Part shown: piece by piece, positions 23,811-32,000 of the stretch
Layout: the number at the start of each line of letters is the position of its first letter
Numbering within the stretch: the first letter of the stretch is position 1
Notes under the pieces: model-generated
Told to the model about the DNA's origin: nothing
Databases searched by the model: none
The model's input: the letters and a program-made list of their open reading frames with translations, nothing else
From: Corynebacterium amycolatum
GTDB lineage: Bacteria > Actinomycetota > Actinomycetes > Mycobacteriales > Mycobacteriaceae
Length of the DNA stretch: 32,000 bases
Assembly (NCBI RefSeq): GCF_049243625.1
Contig: NZ_CP046975.1
Direction: 5' to 3' (one strand)
Position numbers and translations under genes: made by a program

Positions 23811-26546
23811 TTAGAGCGGCTGGCCAGCACCCGCACCAGCCGGTGGCGGGTTGTGGCCGTCGTCATCGGAGTCCGAACCGGACTCTAGGTCGGTTCCAGC
23901 GGCGGTGGAACCGCCGTCACCCGGTACATCCGGGGTGATGATATCGGACTCGCTGGTACCAGCGCTGCCGAGAACGTCCTTGTCTTCCTCAGACTCCCCC
24001 AGAGCACCGCCGTCGGCATCAACGTTCCCGGCCTTGCCCTTGTTGGTGAAGGTGAACTTCGCCTTGTCGACGTCCTTGGACTCGCCATCCCAGCCTTCGA
24101 CATCGATGAAGACGGTCTCGCCGAGACCAACCTCACCGTAGAGAATCTTCTCGGAGAGCTGATCCTCAATCTCGCGCTGGATGGTGCGACGCAGCGGACG
24201 GGCACCGAGCACCGGATCAAAGCCACGCTTGGCCAGCAGGTTCTTGGCGCGGTCGGAAATCTCCATGGTGATGCGCTTCTCACCGAGCTGGTCGCTGACG
24301 CGGGCCAGCATGAGGTCGACCATCTGAACAATCTCGGCCTGGCTCAGCTGCTTGAAGACCACAATCTCGTCGATACGGTTCAGGAACTCCGGACGGAAGT
24401 GCTTCTTCAGCTCGTCGTGGACCTTGTCCTTCATCCGCTCGTACTTGCCGTCTTCATCGGCCTCGCCGACGCCCGAGAAGCCCATACCAACAGCCTTGGA
24501 AATGTCGCTGGTACCCAGGTTCGAGGTGAAGATCAGAACCGTGTTCTTGAAGTCCACCACTCGCCCCTGAGAGTCAGTCAGACGACCGTCTTCCAGGACC
24601 TGCAGCAAGGTGTTGTAAATCTCCTTGTGGGCCTTCTCAATCTCGTCGAAAAGCACGACGGAGAACGGCTTACGGCGCACCTTCTCAGTGAGCTGGCCGC
24701 CCTCTTCGTAGCCGACGTATCCGGGAGGAGCACCGAAGAGGCGCGAAGCGGTGAAGCGGTCGTGGAACTCACCCATATCAATCTGAATGAGGGCGTCTTC
24801 CTCACCGAAGAGGAACTCCGCCAGGGCCTTCGACAGCTCGGTCTTACCAACACCGGACGGGCCGGCGAAGATAAACGAACCGGACGGACGCTTCGGGTCC
24901 TTCAGACCAGCGCGGGTACGACGAATAGCGCGGGAGACAGCACTGACGGCCTCTTCCTGACCGATAATGCGCTTGTGCAGCTCATCCTCCATGCGCAGCA
25001 GACGCGAGGACTCTTCCTCGGTGAGCTTGAACACCGGAATGCCAGTCCAGGAAGCCAGGACCTCCGCAATCTGCTCCTCACCAATCTCAGCGATGGTGTC
25101 GGACTCGCCCGCACGCCACTTCTTCTCGCGCTCGCGGCGCTCTTCGCCCAGCTTGCGCTCCTTGTCGCGCAGACCAGCTGCCTTCTCAAAGTCCTGCTCG
25201 TCGATGGCGGCTTCCTTCTGGCGGCGCACATCGGCGATCTTGGAGTCAATCTCCTGCAGGTCAGCCGGGGCAGTCATGCGCTTGATGCGCATGCGAGCAC
25301 CGGCCTCATCGATCAGGTCAACGGCCTTATCCGGCAGGAAGCGGTCGTTGATGTAGCGGTCGGAGAGCGTAGCTGCGGCAACCAGAGCCTTGTCCGAGAT
25401 GGATACGCGGTGGTGAGCCTCGTACTTATCGCGGACACCGCGCAGAATCTCGATAGTGAGATCCACACTCGGCTCCGGCACGTTCACCGGCTGGAAACGA
25501 CGCTCAAGAGCGGCGTCCTTCTCAATGTGCTTACGGTACTCATCCAAAGTGGTAGCACCGATGGTCTGCAGCTCACCGCGAGCCAGCTTCGGCTTCAGAA
25601 TCGAGGCTGCATCAATTGCGCCCTCGGCGGCACCGGCACCAACCAGCGTGTGAATCTCGTCAATAAACAGGATGATGTCACCGCGCTGGTTAATCTCCTT
25701 GAGCACCTTCTTCAGACGCTCCTCGAAGTCACCGCGGTAACGGGAACCCGCAACCAGCGAGCCCAGGTCGAGAGAGTAAAGCTGCTTATCCTTCAGCGTC
25801 TCCGGCACACGACCGTTGACAATGTCCAGTGCAAGCCCCTCCACGACGGCGGTCTTACCAACACCAGGCTCACCAATCAGCACAGGGTTGTTCTTGGTGC
25901 GACGAGAAAGAACCTGCATAATGCGCTCGATTTCTTTCTCGCGGCCAATAACCGGATCCAGCTTGCCCTCACGTGCAGCAACGGTCAGGTTACGACCGAA
26001 CTGATCAAGCACCAGCGAACCCGACTGGTGGTTACCCTCCTGCACACGAGCGCCGGAAGTAGCACCGACCGGACGCTGCTCCGGAGAACCATCGGACTCA
26101 TCGCCCTGGAAACCGCTGAGCAGCTGAATAACCTGCTGACGTACGCGCGGCAGGTCAGCGCCGAGCTTAACCAGGACCTGAGCAGCAACACCTTCGCCCT
26201 CACGAATCAGGCCGAGCAGCAGGTGCTCAGTACCGATGTACTTGTGACCCAGCTGCAGAGCCTCGCGCAGAGAGTACTCCAGCACCTTCTTTGCACGCGG
26301 GGTAAACGGCACGTGACCGCTCGGCGGCTGGGAGCCACGACCAATAATGTCGACTACCTCAGAGCGCACAGCATCCAGGGAAATACCCATGGACTCCAGC
26401 GCCTTGGCAGCTACACCGTCGCCTTCACTAATCAGGCCGAGCAGGATGTGCTCCGTGCCGATGTAATTGTGATTGAGCTCGCGTGCCTCATCCTGTGCCA
26501 GGACGACAACGCGACGTGCTCGGTCCGTAAACCTCTCGAACATCAC
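23811..26546 (-). CDS. clpC: ATP-dependent Clp protease ATP-binding subunit ClpC (ClpC1)
   Basis: N-terminal Clp repeats ([37 protein letters not shown]), two AAA+ modules (GEPGVGKT and GPSGVGKT) and a UVR-like middle region. It ends in a long acidic low-complexity tail. Confidence 0.95.
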   Translation of the reverse strand: MMFERFTDRARRVVVLAQDEARELNHNYIGTEHILLGLISEGDGVAAKALESMGISLDAVRSEVVDIIGRGSQPPSGHVPFTPRAKKVLEYSLREALQLGHKYIGTEHLLLGLIREGEGVAAQVLVKLGADLPRVRQQVIQLLSGFQGDESDGSPEQRPVGATSGARVQEGNHQSGSLVLDQFGRNLTVAAREGKLDPVIGREKEIERIMQVLSRRTKNNPVLIGEPGVGKTAVVEGLALDIVNGRVPETLKDKQLYSLDLGSLVAGSRYRGDFEERLKKVLKEINQRGDIILFIDEIHTLVGAGAAEGAIDAASILKPKLARGELQTIGATTLDEYRKHIEKDAALERRFQPVNVPEPSVDLTIEILRGVRDKYEAHHRVSISDKALVAAATLSDRYINDRFLPDKAVDLIDEAGARMRIKRMTAPADLQEIDSKIADVRRQKEAAIDEQDFEKAAGLRDKERKLGEERREREKKWRAGESDTIAEIGEEQIAEVLASWTGIPVFKLTEEESSRLLRMEDELHKRIIGQEEAVSAVSRAIRRTRAGLKDPKRPSGSFIFAGPSGVGKTELSKALAEFLFGEEDALIQIDMGEFHDRFTASRLFGAPPGYVGYEEGGQLTEKVRRKPFSVVLFDEIEKAHKEIYNTLLQVLEDGRLTDSQGRVVDFKNTVLIFTSNLGTSDISKAVGMGFSGVGEADEDGKYERMKDKVHDELKKHFRPEFLNRIDEIVVFKQLSQAEIVQMVDLMLARVSDQLGEKRITMEISDRAKNLLAKRGFDPVLGARPLRRTIQREIEDQLSEKILYGEVGLGETVFIDVEGWDGESKDVDKAKFTFTNKGKAGNVDADGGALGESEEDKDVLGSAGTSESDIITPDVPGDGGSTAAGTDLESGSDSDDDGHNPPPAGAGAGQPL

Positions 26547-26689
26547 TGCCCTTTCAAGTGTCTATTTTTGCCGTAATTCAATAAAGGTTGTTTCACCTAG
26601 CTTAAACGCGACGCGACACAGATTAATCCCTATAGCCGTACGCCAGTAGCGAACAGCCTGGTCGAGAGAGGTATCACTGCTCGTACGGC

Positions 26690-26722
26690 AGCAAAAGCTC
26701 CCGGCGGCAATGCCACCGGGAG
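26690..26722 (-). terminator. Intrinsic terminator downstream of the secreted-protein gene, upstream of the clpC promoter region
   Basis: ctcccgg (26698-26704) / ccgggag (26716-26722) with an inner ggc/gcc helix. On the minus strand it is followed by cttttgctg. Confidence 0.55.
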
Positions 26723-26797
26723 GAAACGAATGTTGGAATGAATTACTCCTGCGCGTTAAGCCAAACGCCAGACAAGAAGGAGTATTTGCACGGGATA

Positions 26798-27256
26798 TCA
26801 GTCAGTCTCCATAATCTCCCACTCATACGGAGTCACTTCACCGCGCACCTCGTGGTACGGAGAACTGAAGTACAGGGTGCCATTCTTATTCAGGACCACG
26901 ATCCCGTGGAAGCTGTACTTCTTCCCTTCCTTCAGTCGGAATGGCGGGCGCGAGGCATCCCAATTTCCACCGCTCATTCCGGCTTCCCAACTTCCAGATG
27001 CATCCTCGAGATCAAAGGTGACCAGATTGTGGGCGTTCTTCTTGTTACCCCACTTAGCTGTGGTCTGGCAGCGGAACATGTCCTGATTTACCGACCCACC
27101 ACAGACTACGGTTTCTCCGTCTGTGGAATAGCTGACATAGTCACGGTTGATCTTGGGGTAGTTCGTAGCTGCATCGGCGACGGACGGATTGACAACAGCA
27201 AGCGCAGTGGCGGCAGTGATTGCGGCGGCTACAGCGGAAATCTTCTTGGTGAACAT
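26798..27256 (-). CDS. Small secreted protein (152 aa), family not recognised
   Basis: Clear Sec signal peptide with an AxA site (AVVNPSVADA/ATNY). The roughly 120-aa mature domain has two Cys (VVCGGSVNQDMFRCQ). Confidence 0.7.
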   Translation of the reverse strand: MFTKKISAVAAAITAATALAVVNPSVADAATNYPKINRDYVSYSTDGETVVCGGSVNQDMFRCQTTAKWGNKKNAHNLVTFDLEDASGSWEAGMSGGNWDASRPPFRLKEGKKYSFHGIVVLNKNGTLYFSSPYHEVRGEVTPYEWEIMETD

Positions 27257-27292
27257 GATCTCAGATTAAAAACTCTCGGACACAAAAGAAAC

Positions 27293-27319
27293 GGGAGTTC
27301 TCCCCGGGGAGTTCTCCCC
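27293..27319. repeat. Tandem 13/14-bp repeat gggagttctcccc / ggggagttctcccc with internal dyad symmetry
   Basis: Read directly from the sequence. Each unit contains GGGAG-TT-CTCCC, and the junction is the perfect 10-bp palindrome tccccgggga. It lies 37-63 bp upstream of the secreted-protein start codon. Confidence 0.85.
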
Positions 27320-27487
27320 TAGCTAAACCATGCTGGACTGCCCAAATCTGGACAGTGGTGCCATCAAACGCACCACGATTTATCCGCTTATGTCACCGGC
27401 ACAATGCAGTCAGAGAGCGATGCTGTCCAAAGCAGCACGGTCAGAGCGCATGGCAGTCTGTGACGCACCGAGAATGGATTTATATCA

Positions 27488-27682
27488 ATGGCTTTCAAAC
27501 TATTCAGCTTCCGAAAGACCTTCCGCCCCACCCGCAACTCCCGGGTTACGCTATCGCGTTCTGGCCTCGGATATTCCTATCGCATGGGGCCCGTTCGGTG
27601 GACGAAGAATGCCCGTGGCGGCCGAACCACTACTGTGAACACGCCAATTAAAGGATTGACTTATCGCAAGTACCGTCGTTAA
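27488..27682 (+). CDS. DUF4236-like small basic protein (64 aa)
   Basis: MAFKLFSFRKTFRPTRNSRVTLSRSGLGYSYRMGPVRWTKNARGGRTTTVNTPIKGLTYRKYRR has the same pattern as the 20804-20980 ORF. Confidence 0.6.
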   Translation: MAFKLFSFRKTFRPTRNSRVTLSRSGLGYSYRMGPVRWTKNARGGRTTTVNTPIKGLTYRKYRR

Positions 27683-28479
27683 GCGAGCAGTTTCAAGTCG
27701 TCTGCAGTGACCAATCGTGCTTCGATTGCAGCGACAACTACCAGCTGCAGACGGCTCTTTTGATTAACCCGTTGCCGCTCCTTGCTTGAGACCAGCCCCT
27801 TGCTCAAAGCGGATTCAAAAAGTGCGGTGCGGTAATGCTCGACTGCCTTTGCGGTCTTGCCTCCCAGCTTTCGGCCGGCCTCGGCATCGGTGCATGAAAC
27901 CATAATGGTGTCGATTCGGCCGCGCAGATAATCCTCCGCATATGCAGCGATCAGAGCACGCTGGCGCTCCGGCAGCTCCCCAACCGAGATGGTTTCAGTC
28001 CCGTCAGTTGGCAGCACGACCTTCGCATCGGCGTGCTCAATATCCTGTTTAATCTGAATTTCGTACTGGTCATCCTTGACGGAAAAGCGGATGAAATACT
28101 CCGGGTAGCTCAAATCAAAACGCTGTTGCGGAGCCAGCCGGAATGACCGCGACACCTCCGGAATGTGCACCATTGCAGTCACGTGCTCGCAGTTATTGAG
28201 CAGAAACCACATTCCGGATTCCGCATACACATACATTGCTATGCGGTGCATGTAGCGGTTATCTTCGCCCACTTTGAGGTCGGCGTCACGCCCGATGGTC
28301 AATCCCTCACTCGGATTGGCAACAATCGCATCCCCACACAAATTATCAACCACAAGTGTTGGGAGCGATGTCACGTTGACCAGGCCTTTCTCTCGCACCA
28401 CCAGCCACCAACCGCGAATCAGGAACCCTACCCAACGCTCCTGGGGGAATCGCCCAACGACGGCTGAAGTGACTGGCAT
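27679..28479 (-). CDS. FHA-like domain protein with a C-terminal LuxR/sigma-70-region-4-like HTH (putative phospho-dependent regulator)
   Basis: GLTIGRDADLKVGEDNRYMHRIAMYVYAESGMWFLLNNCEHVTAMV resembles an FHA core. The GR and H residues and the NN/N motif are kept, but the pThr-contacting Ser is replaced. The C-terminus LPERQRALIAAY...SCTDAEAGRKLGGKTAKAVEHYRTALFES looks like a LuxR-type HTH. The fold assignment is unverified. Confidence 0.55.
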   Translation of the reverse strand: MPVTSAVVGRFPQERWVGFLIRGWWLVVREKGLVNVTSLPTLVVDNLCGDAIVANPSEGLTIGRDADLKVGEDNRYMHRIAMYVYAESGMWFLLNNCEHVTAMVHIPEVSRSFRLAPQQRFDLSYPEYFIRFSVKDDQYEIQIKQDIEHADAKVVLPTDGTETISVGELPERQRALIAAYAEDYLRGRIDTIMVSCTDAEAGRKLGGKTAKAVEHYRTALFESALSKGLVSSKERQRVNQKSRLQLVVVAAIEARLVTADDLKLLA

Positions 28480-28525
28480 TCATGATAGTTATCCGAAATA
28501 TAACAAATATTCTCGGCGTTATCGC

Positions 28526-30121
28526 TTAATTCGTCGTGGTTTGCATTGCCCACGCCGCCACCGTGTCATAGGCAGCAGGACAAGGATCGCCTTCACTCAA
28601 AACGACAAATACCGGACGAAGCACTTCGGGACTGGATGGCGCAGAACTTTCCGCCGGCTGAACCAAGCAGTAATTAATCGGCCGTGTTGCCTCGGAACCT
28701 TCGCTGTTCACAGCTTGAAATGAGCCTGACGTTTGTAGGACATCCAGCCGGCGACCATCGGGCTCCATTCGCAGTTTCACCACTTCAGAGCCAGCTGGTT
28801 CAGCCACTGACCGGTTCTTGCTCACGGCATCCAGAATTTCACCCCGCCATTTGTCATTTTCAGCCTCTGCAATCGGCTTCTTCTCATCAATACCGTGGCG
28901 AAATGGCAGCAAGAATTCATCTGCCGAAGCAAACTGCGTCGCGTGATATGCAGCACCGTTGAATGTTCCCATCCGCTGAATCCCCTGCCAGCTCTTCTCA
29001 CCGATGGGGACGTCGCTTAACGACGTAAGGGTCCATCGGTCACCCACCGGAATCCGAGGCCCCTTCGCCAAATCGGGAGCGCGAAGTCGCATCGGTTCCG
29101 CAGAACCTCCGATAGCTACTGGCTGTGCCAAGTGCTTGGCACTAAAGAGACCGCCATCTCCAATGCCGCTACGTTCGGCAACAACAATGCCACCACCAAT
29201 AAGGCCTAGACATGCCACTACGGAGAACGCTGCAAGGGCTTTCTTCCGGTTCTTCGGATTGCGAACCTCGACGGCACCACCATTTAGCGCAGCAATGAGA
29301 TCGCTAATAAACGCATTGCAGGATTCGTAGCGTTCATCGGCGTCAACCGCCAACGCCTTGGCGAAGACCGAATCAACTACCGCACCGAGGTTGGTAACCG
29401 GTCGCTTACCGCAGTGCAATTGCCGCGCACTGGCCGCGTCAGTAGCTGGAAATGCCTTATATCCCTGCAACAGCTCGAATATCGTGCACGCAAACGCATA
29501 CTCGTCACTAGCTGCACTAATGCAACCCTTAGTGAAGATCTCTGGCGCCATGTAGGGCAATGAGCCGGCAACACGATTGGTCACGCCAACACTGTCGATT
29601 TCAGTGGCGGTTGATACACCGAAATCCACAAGCGTCGCGCTTAACACAAGCCCCGACGAATCTCGCTCTACGACGATATTTGATGGTTTTACATCACCAT
29701 GAATCACCGCTGGTTCGTGCTTTGCTAGCCGATCTAGCGCGGTAGCAATCTCCACACCAATCGACATGACCTCGCTCTTATCGAAAGTGCGCGGCGGATA
29801 TTCGGCCAGTTCAGCGCCCAACGAATTACCGCTAATAAGAGTCATGGTGAACCAAAGCAGGTTCCCGGCTCGCCCGCCATCGAACACGGTCACAACGTTG
29901 GGAACGTGAACAGTGGCTGCGATAGAAACCTCGTTCTGGAACAGTGCCTCCATTCGCTTAGAAGCACTGGCCTCTTCCGGCAGTGGGACGATTTTCAGTG
30001 CTTCGTTTCGGCCCAGCTTGGGATTTCGTACTCGAAAAACAGTCCCCATATTGCCGGCACCGATGAGAGCTTCAACCTCGTAGCCCTCAAAAATATCGCC
30101 TACCTGGGGAAGATTAGTCAT
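28526..30121 (-). CDS. Transmembrane Hanks-type Ser/Thr protein kinase (non-RD) with an uncharacterised ectodomain
   Basis: GAGNMGTV (G-loop), EALKIV (VAIK Lys), HGDVKPSNIVV (catalytic loop with G in place of R), DFG and YMAPE. TM segment ALAAFSVVACLGLIGGGIVVA. The roughly 215-aa C-terminal region has no PASTA-like repeats that I can see. Confidence 0.88.
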   Translation of the reverse strand: MTNLPQVGDIFEGYEVEALIGAGNMGTVFRVRNPKLGRNEALKIVPLPEEASASKRMEALFQNEVSIAATVHVPNVVTVFDGGRAGNLLWFTMTLISGNSLGAELAEYPPRTFDKSEVMSIGVEIATALDRLAKHEPAVIHGDVKPSNIVVERDSSGLVLSATLVDFGVSTATEIDSVGVTNRVAGSLPYMAPEIFTKGCISAASDEYAFACTIFELLQGYKAFPATDAASARQLHCGKRPVTNLGAVVDSVFAKALAVDADERYESCNAFISDLIAALNGGAVEVRNPKNRKKALAAFSVVACLGLIGGGIVVAERSGIGDGGLFSAKHLAQPVAIGGSAEPMRLRAPDLAKGPRIPVGDRWTLTSLSDVPIGEKSWQGIQRMGTFNGAAYHATQFASADEFLLPFRHGIDEKKPIAEAENDKWRGEILDAVSKNRSVAEPAGSEVVKLRMEPDGRRLDVLQTSGSFQAVNSEGSEATRPINYCLVQPAESSAPSSPEVLRPVFVVLSEGDPCPAAYDTVAAWAMQTTTN

Positions 30122-30711
30122 CGGTTCCGTTGCCCAGACCCATCGAGATTACCCACCATAATCTGAATCCCAGACTCAGAGCGGCAATCATAATTAGGCG
30201 AAACTTCTTGGCATTCCATCGTCAGTGGCTGACCGTCATACTCAATCTCGATTGTCGTCTGCTTTGGCAGTGTTCCTTGCTCTTGCCGCTGTTTACTGAG
30301 CGCCCGCACTACCTCGTAATATGCTTCACAGTCCATATCGGAGCCCTGGTTTGACCAGGCACTCTGCAGCATCGGGCACGTCGGATCAACGGTCGACGCT
30401 AAGACCTCTGGGTCTACGAACCGATCGTCGGCAGGCGGTGCGATTGTAGTCGAGGTTGGTTCCTGATCATCGCCCACATAGTAGGACGGCGAGACTTCCA
30501 CTTCGGTGCTTTCAGTGGTTTCAAACAACCCGTCGGCGTTATCCTGCTGGTTAGAGCGGAAATTTAGGATCCAGACCACCATTGCCAGGATGACGACAAC
30601 CAGAATGGCGAGCACGAACAGCAGAATCTTCCGATTTCGACCATCAGTATCGGAATTTGCACCGCTGTCAATGTCATCGACGCCCGGGATTAGAGTGCGA
30701 TCGTCGGTCAT
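30118..30711 (-). CDS. Single-pass membrane protein with a 4-Cys extracytoplasmic domain, unknown family
   Basis: The start shares one nt with the Hsp70 stop (TGATG), and the stop overlaps the kinase start (ATGA). TM helix ILLFVLAILVVVILAMVVWIL. The ectodomain carries CPML...DCEAYY...MECQ...YDC. Confidence 0.65.
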   Translation of the reverse strand: MTDDRTLIPGVDDIDSGANSDTDGRNRKILLFVLAILVVVILAMVVWILNFRSNQQDNADGLFETTESTEVEVSPSYYVGDDQEPTSTTIAPPADDRFVDPEVLASTVDPTCPMLQSAWSNQGSDMDCEAYYEVVRALSKQRQEQGTLPKQTTIEIEYDGQPLTMECQEVSPNYDCRSESGIQIMVGNLDGSGQRNR

Positions 30712-32000
30712 CAGTTATCTCCTTGGCTGACAGAAACCTTCATCATCGTCGTGCGAGCAGCCGAAATCTCTTCCTCATTCATCACACCAATGCGCACGTG
30801 GGATTCGATTGAGCGACCCGATGGAACGTGAGTGCCTTCCACGGTAATCATGCCGTCTGCTGCTACAAAGAACTTAACCTGAATTGGCTGACCCTTGGGC
30901 AACGGCGGGATACCTGTCAGCATAGATTCCGATCCACTAATGATGTCATTGAGAGCGACATCTTCGGATGGAACGTCACTGGCCTGCTGATACAGCGTCA
31001 AATCTACTTCCTCTTGGCCATCAGCTACGGTCGAATACTCCCGGACCACCGGCTCAGACAGGGGAATCATGTCATTCTGGTTGACCAGATAGTCGATGTA
31101 CGGGTTGTTCAGATGATCGACAACTCGAATGCCAATCGACTTTGGCAATACATTTGCCACCTTCTTCTCCGACAGCGCGGCTAGCTGCCCGGCGTCAATC
31201 CCTGTCTCAGCCGCGATCTGCGCAATTGACTGCTGTTGGACAGCAGGGCTGGACTCAGCATTAACCACTCCCCCGAGCTTGCTGATCATCGCAGCAAGGG
31301 CAGCACCCTTAGCAACGGCTAGATCAGGCTCAACCAACAGTGGCTTCTTACCCGTCAGACGCTCCACCAGTTTGGTTACGGCGGTCATTCGCGAAGATCC
31401 ACCCACCAGGATGACCTCATCAATTGTCAGTCCCGGCTCCTTTTCCTTTGCCGTCTCCAATACACGGGTCAAAGGAATCTCCGTCTGCTCGAGCAATGGC
31501 GCCGTGACACGCTCCAAGTCTTCGCGGGTAACGGCAATCTTGGCGCGGGAACCAGAGTCACTGGCAAGTCGCACAGTGGCGCTTTCCGCATTACTCAGCG
31601 CCTCTTTACAGTTCACCGTCTGCTCATGCAACTTAGCGACGAAGGTCTCATCGTTTTCCGCCTCCTCGTCACCAGTCTGCTCAATGAATTTATCCAGGAT
31701 AAATTCACCAAGCGCCTTATCCCAGTCAGCACCGCCCAGTCGAGCATCACCGTCGGTGGCAATAACCCGGAAGGTGTTGTCAATCCCCTGCACAATCGTG
31801 GCATCGAATGTACCGCCTCCGAGGTCATACACCAGCAAGGTCTTGTCCTTTAGAGGCTGCTTGGAGTCGTAGTAGAGGGCCGCAGCAACCGGTTCTGCTA
31901 CCAGCTCCAACACATTGAAATTAGCAATCTGCCCTGCGTTGCGAGTTGCCTCGCGCTCCTTCGCACCAAAATATGCCGGCACAGTAATAACTGCCGAAAT
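30711..32000 (-). CDS. Hsp70-family ATPase (DnaK/HscC-like paralogue); 5' end outside the window
   Basis: The frame is open to position 32000 (ISAVITVPAYFGAKEREATRNAG), so the track's Met at 31982 is internal. Motifs are DLGGGTFD, RLGGADWD and ILVGGSSRM. There is an SBD-beta-like region (GIPPLPKGQPIQVKFFVAADGMITVEG). The protein ends about 40 aa later, so I see no helical lid. Confidence 0.88.
   Translation of the reverse strand: MSAVITVPAYFGAKEREATRNAGQIANFNVLELVAEPVAAALYYDSKQPLKDKTLLVYDLGGGTFDATIVQGIDNTFRVIATDGDARLGGADWDKALGEFILDKFIEQTGDEEAENDETFVAKLHEQTVNCKEALSNAESATVRLASDSGSRAKIAVTREDLERVTAPLLEQTEIPLTRVLETAKEKEPGLTIDEVILVGGSSRMTAVTKLVERLTGKKPLLVEPDLAVAKGAALAAMISKLGGVVNAESSPAVQQQSIAQIAAETGIDAGQLAALSEKKVANVLPKSIGIRVVDHLNNPYIDYLVNQNDMIPLSEPVVREYSTVADGQEEVDLTLYQQASDVPSEDVALNDIISGSESMLTGIPPLPKGQPIQVKFFVAADGMITVEGTHVPSGRSIESHVRIGVMNEEEISAARTTMMKVSVSQGDN

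Noticed and set aside
24399-26576. 725-aa plus-strand ORF, plus several 60-150-aa ORFs on both strands between 23851 and 26203
   Set aside because: They are antisense or off-frame relative to clpC, which is unambiguous (Clp_N repeats and two Walker A motifs). They are low-complexity Leu/Arg/Thr-rich translations.
26547-26697. Looked for a ClgR-type operator (CGC-N5-GCG dyad) in the clpC upstream region
   Set aside because: Only acgcgacgcga, with 3-nt spacing, is present. It does not fit the consensus as I remember it, so no call is made.
26738-27322. 194-aa plus-strand ORF
   Set aside because: It is antisense to the 152-aa gene, which has a textbook signal peptide and its own terminator.
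27330-27651. 102-aa and 98-aa plus-strand ORFs overlapping the DUF4236 gene
   Set aside because: They are in different frames from the ORF that carries the DUF4236-like motif. They are Cys/His/Arg-rich with no RBS.

Overview
High-GC actinobacterial chromosome segment, most likely Corynebacterium or a close relative in the Mycobacteriales. This assignment rests on gene content and gene order only. About two thirds of the window is a conserved housekeeping block. Its order mirrors M. tuberculosis Rv3579c-Rv3596c: rlmB-cysS, carD, lpqE-like, radA, a DUF4232 membrane protein, beta-carbonic anhydrase, mutY and clpC. To the left of this block lie a DUF4442 fragment, an LMW-phosphatase-fold gene, a TPM-domain protein, tRNA-Thr(UGU), thrE, an H1-like Lys/Ala-tail protein, a META lipoprotein, a flavin reductase, a LacI regulator and a ZnuABC-like metal uptake operon whose binding protein carries a long His-rich loop. 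Two canonical members of the block are missing from their expected slots: ispD/ispF between carD and cysS, and disA after radA. The unusual content brackets clpC. (1) Downstream of clpC there is a decayed second copy of the clpC 3' end at about 20981-21240. It abuts a 58-aa DUF4236 ORF that is too short for the ORF track. It is separated from the live clpC stop by a three-gene insert: DUF1266 plus a translationally coupled pair of unknown proteins. (2) Upstream of clpC there is a lower-GC patch. It holds an orphan secreted protein, a second DUF4236 mini-gene and a minus-strand cassette that runs off the right edge. The cassette is an orphan Hsp70 with no apparent lid, a single-pass Cys-containing membrane protein and a transmembrane non-RD Ser/Thr kinase, all with overlapping stop/start codons, followed by an FHA-like/HTH protein. 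I regard this cassette, and its possible link to the DUF1266 insert, as the best candidate for an undescribed system. No integrase, transposase, CRISPR array or rRNA is visible. All family assignments come from motif recognition by eye, not from database searches.
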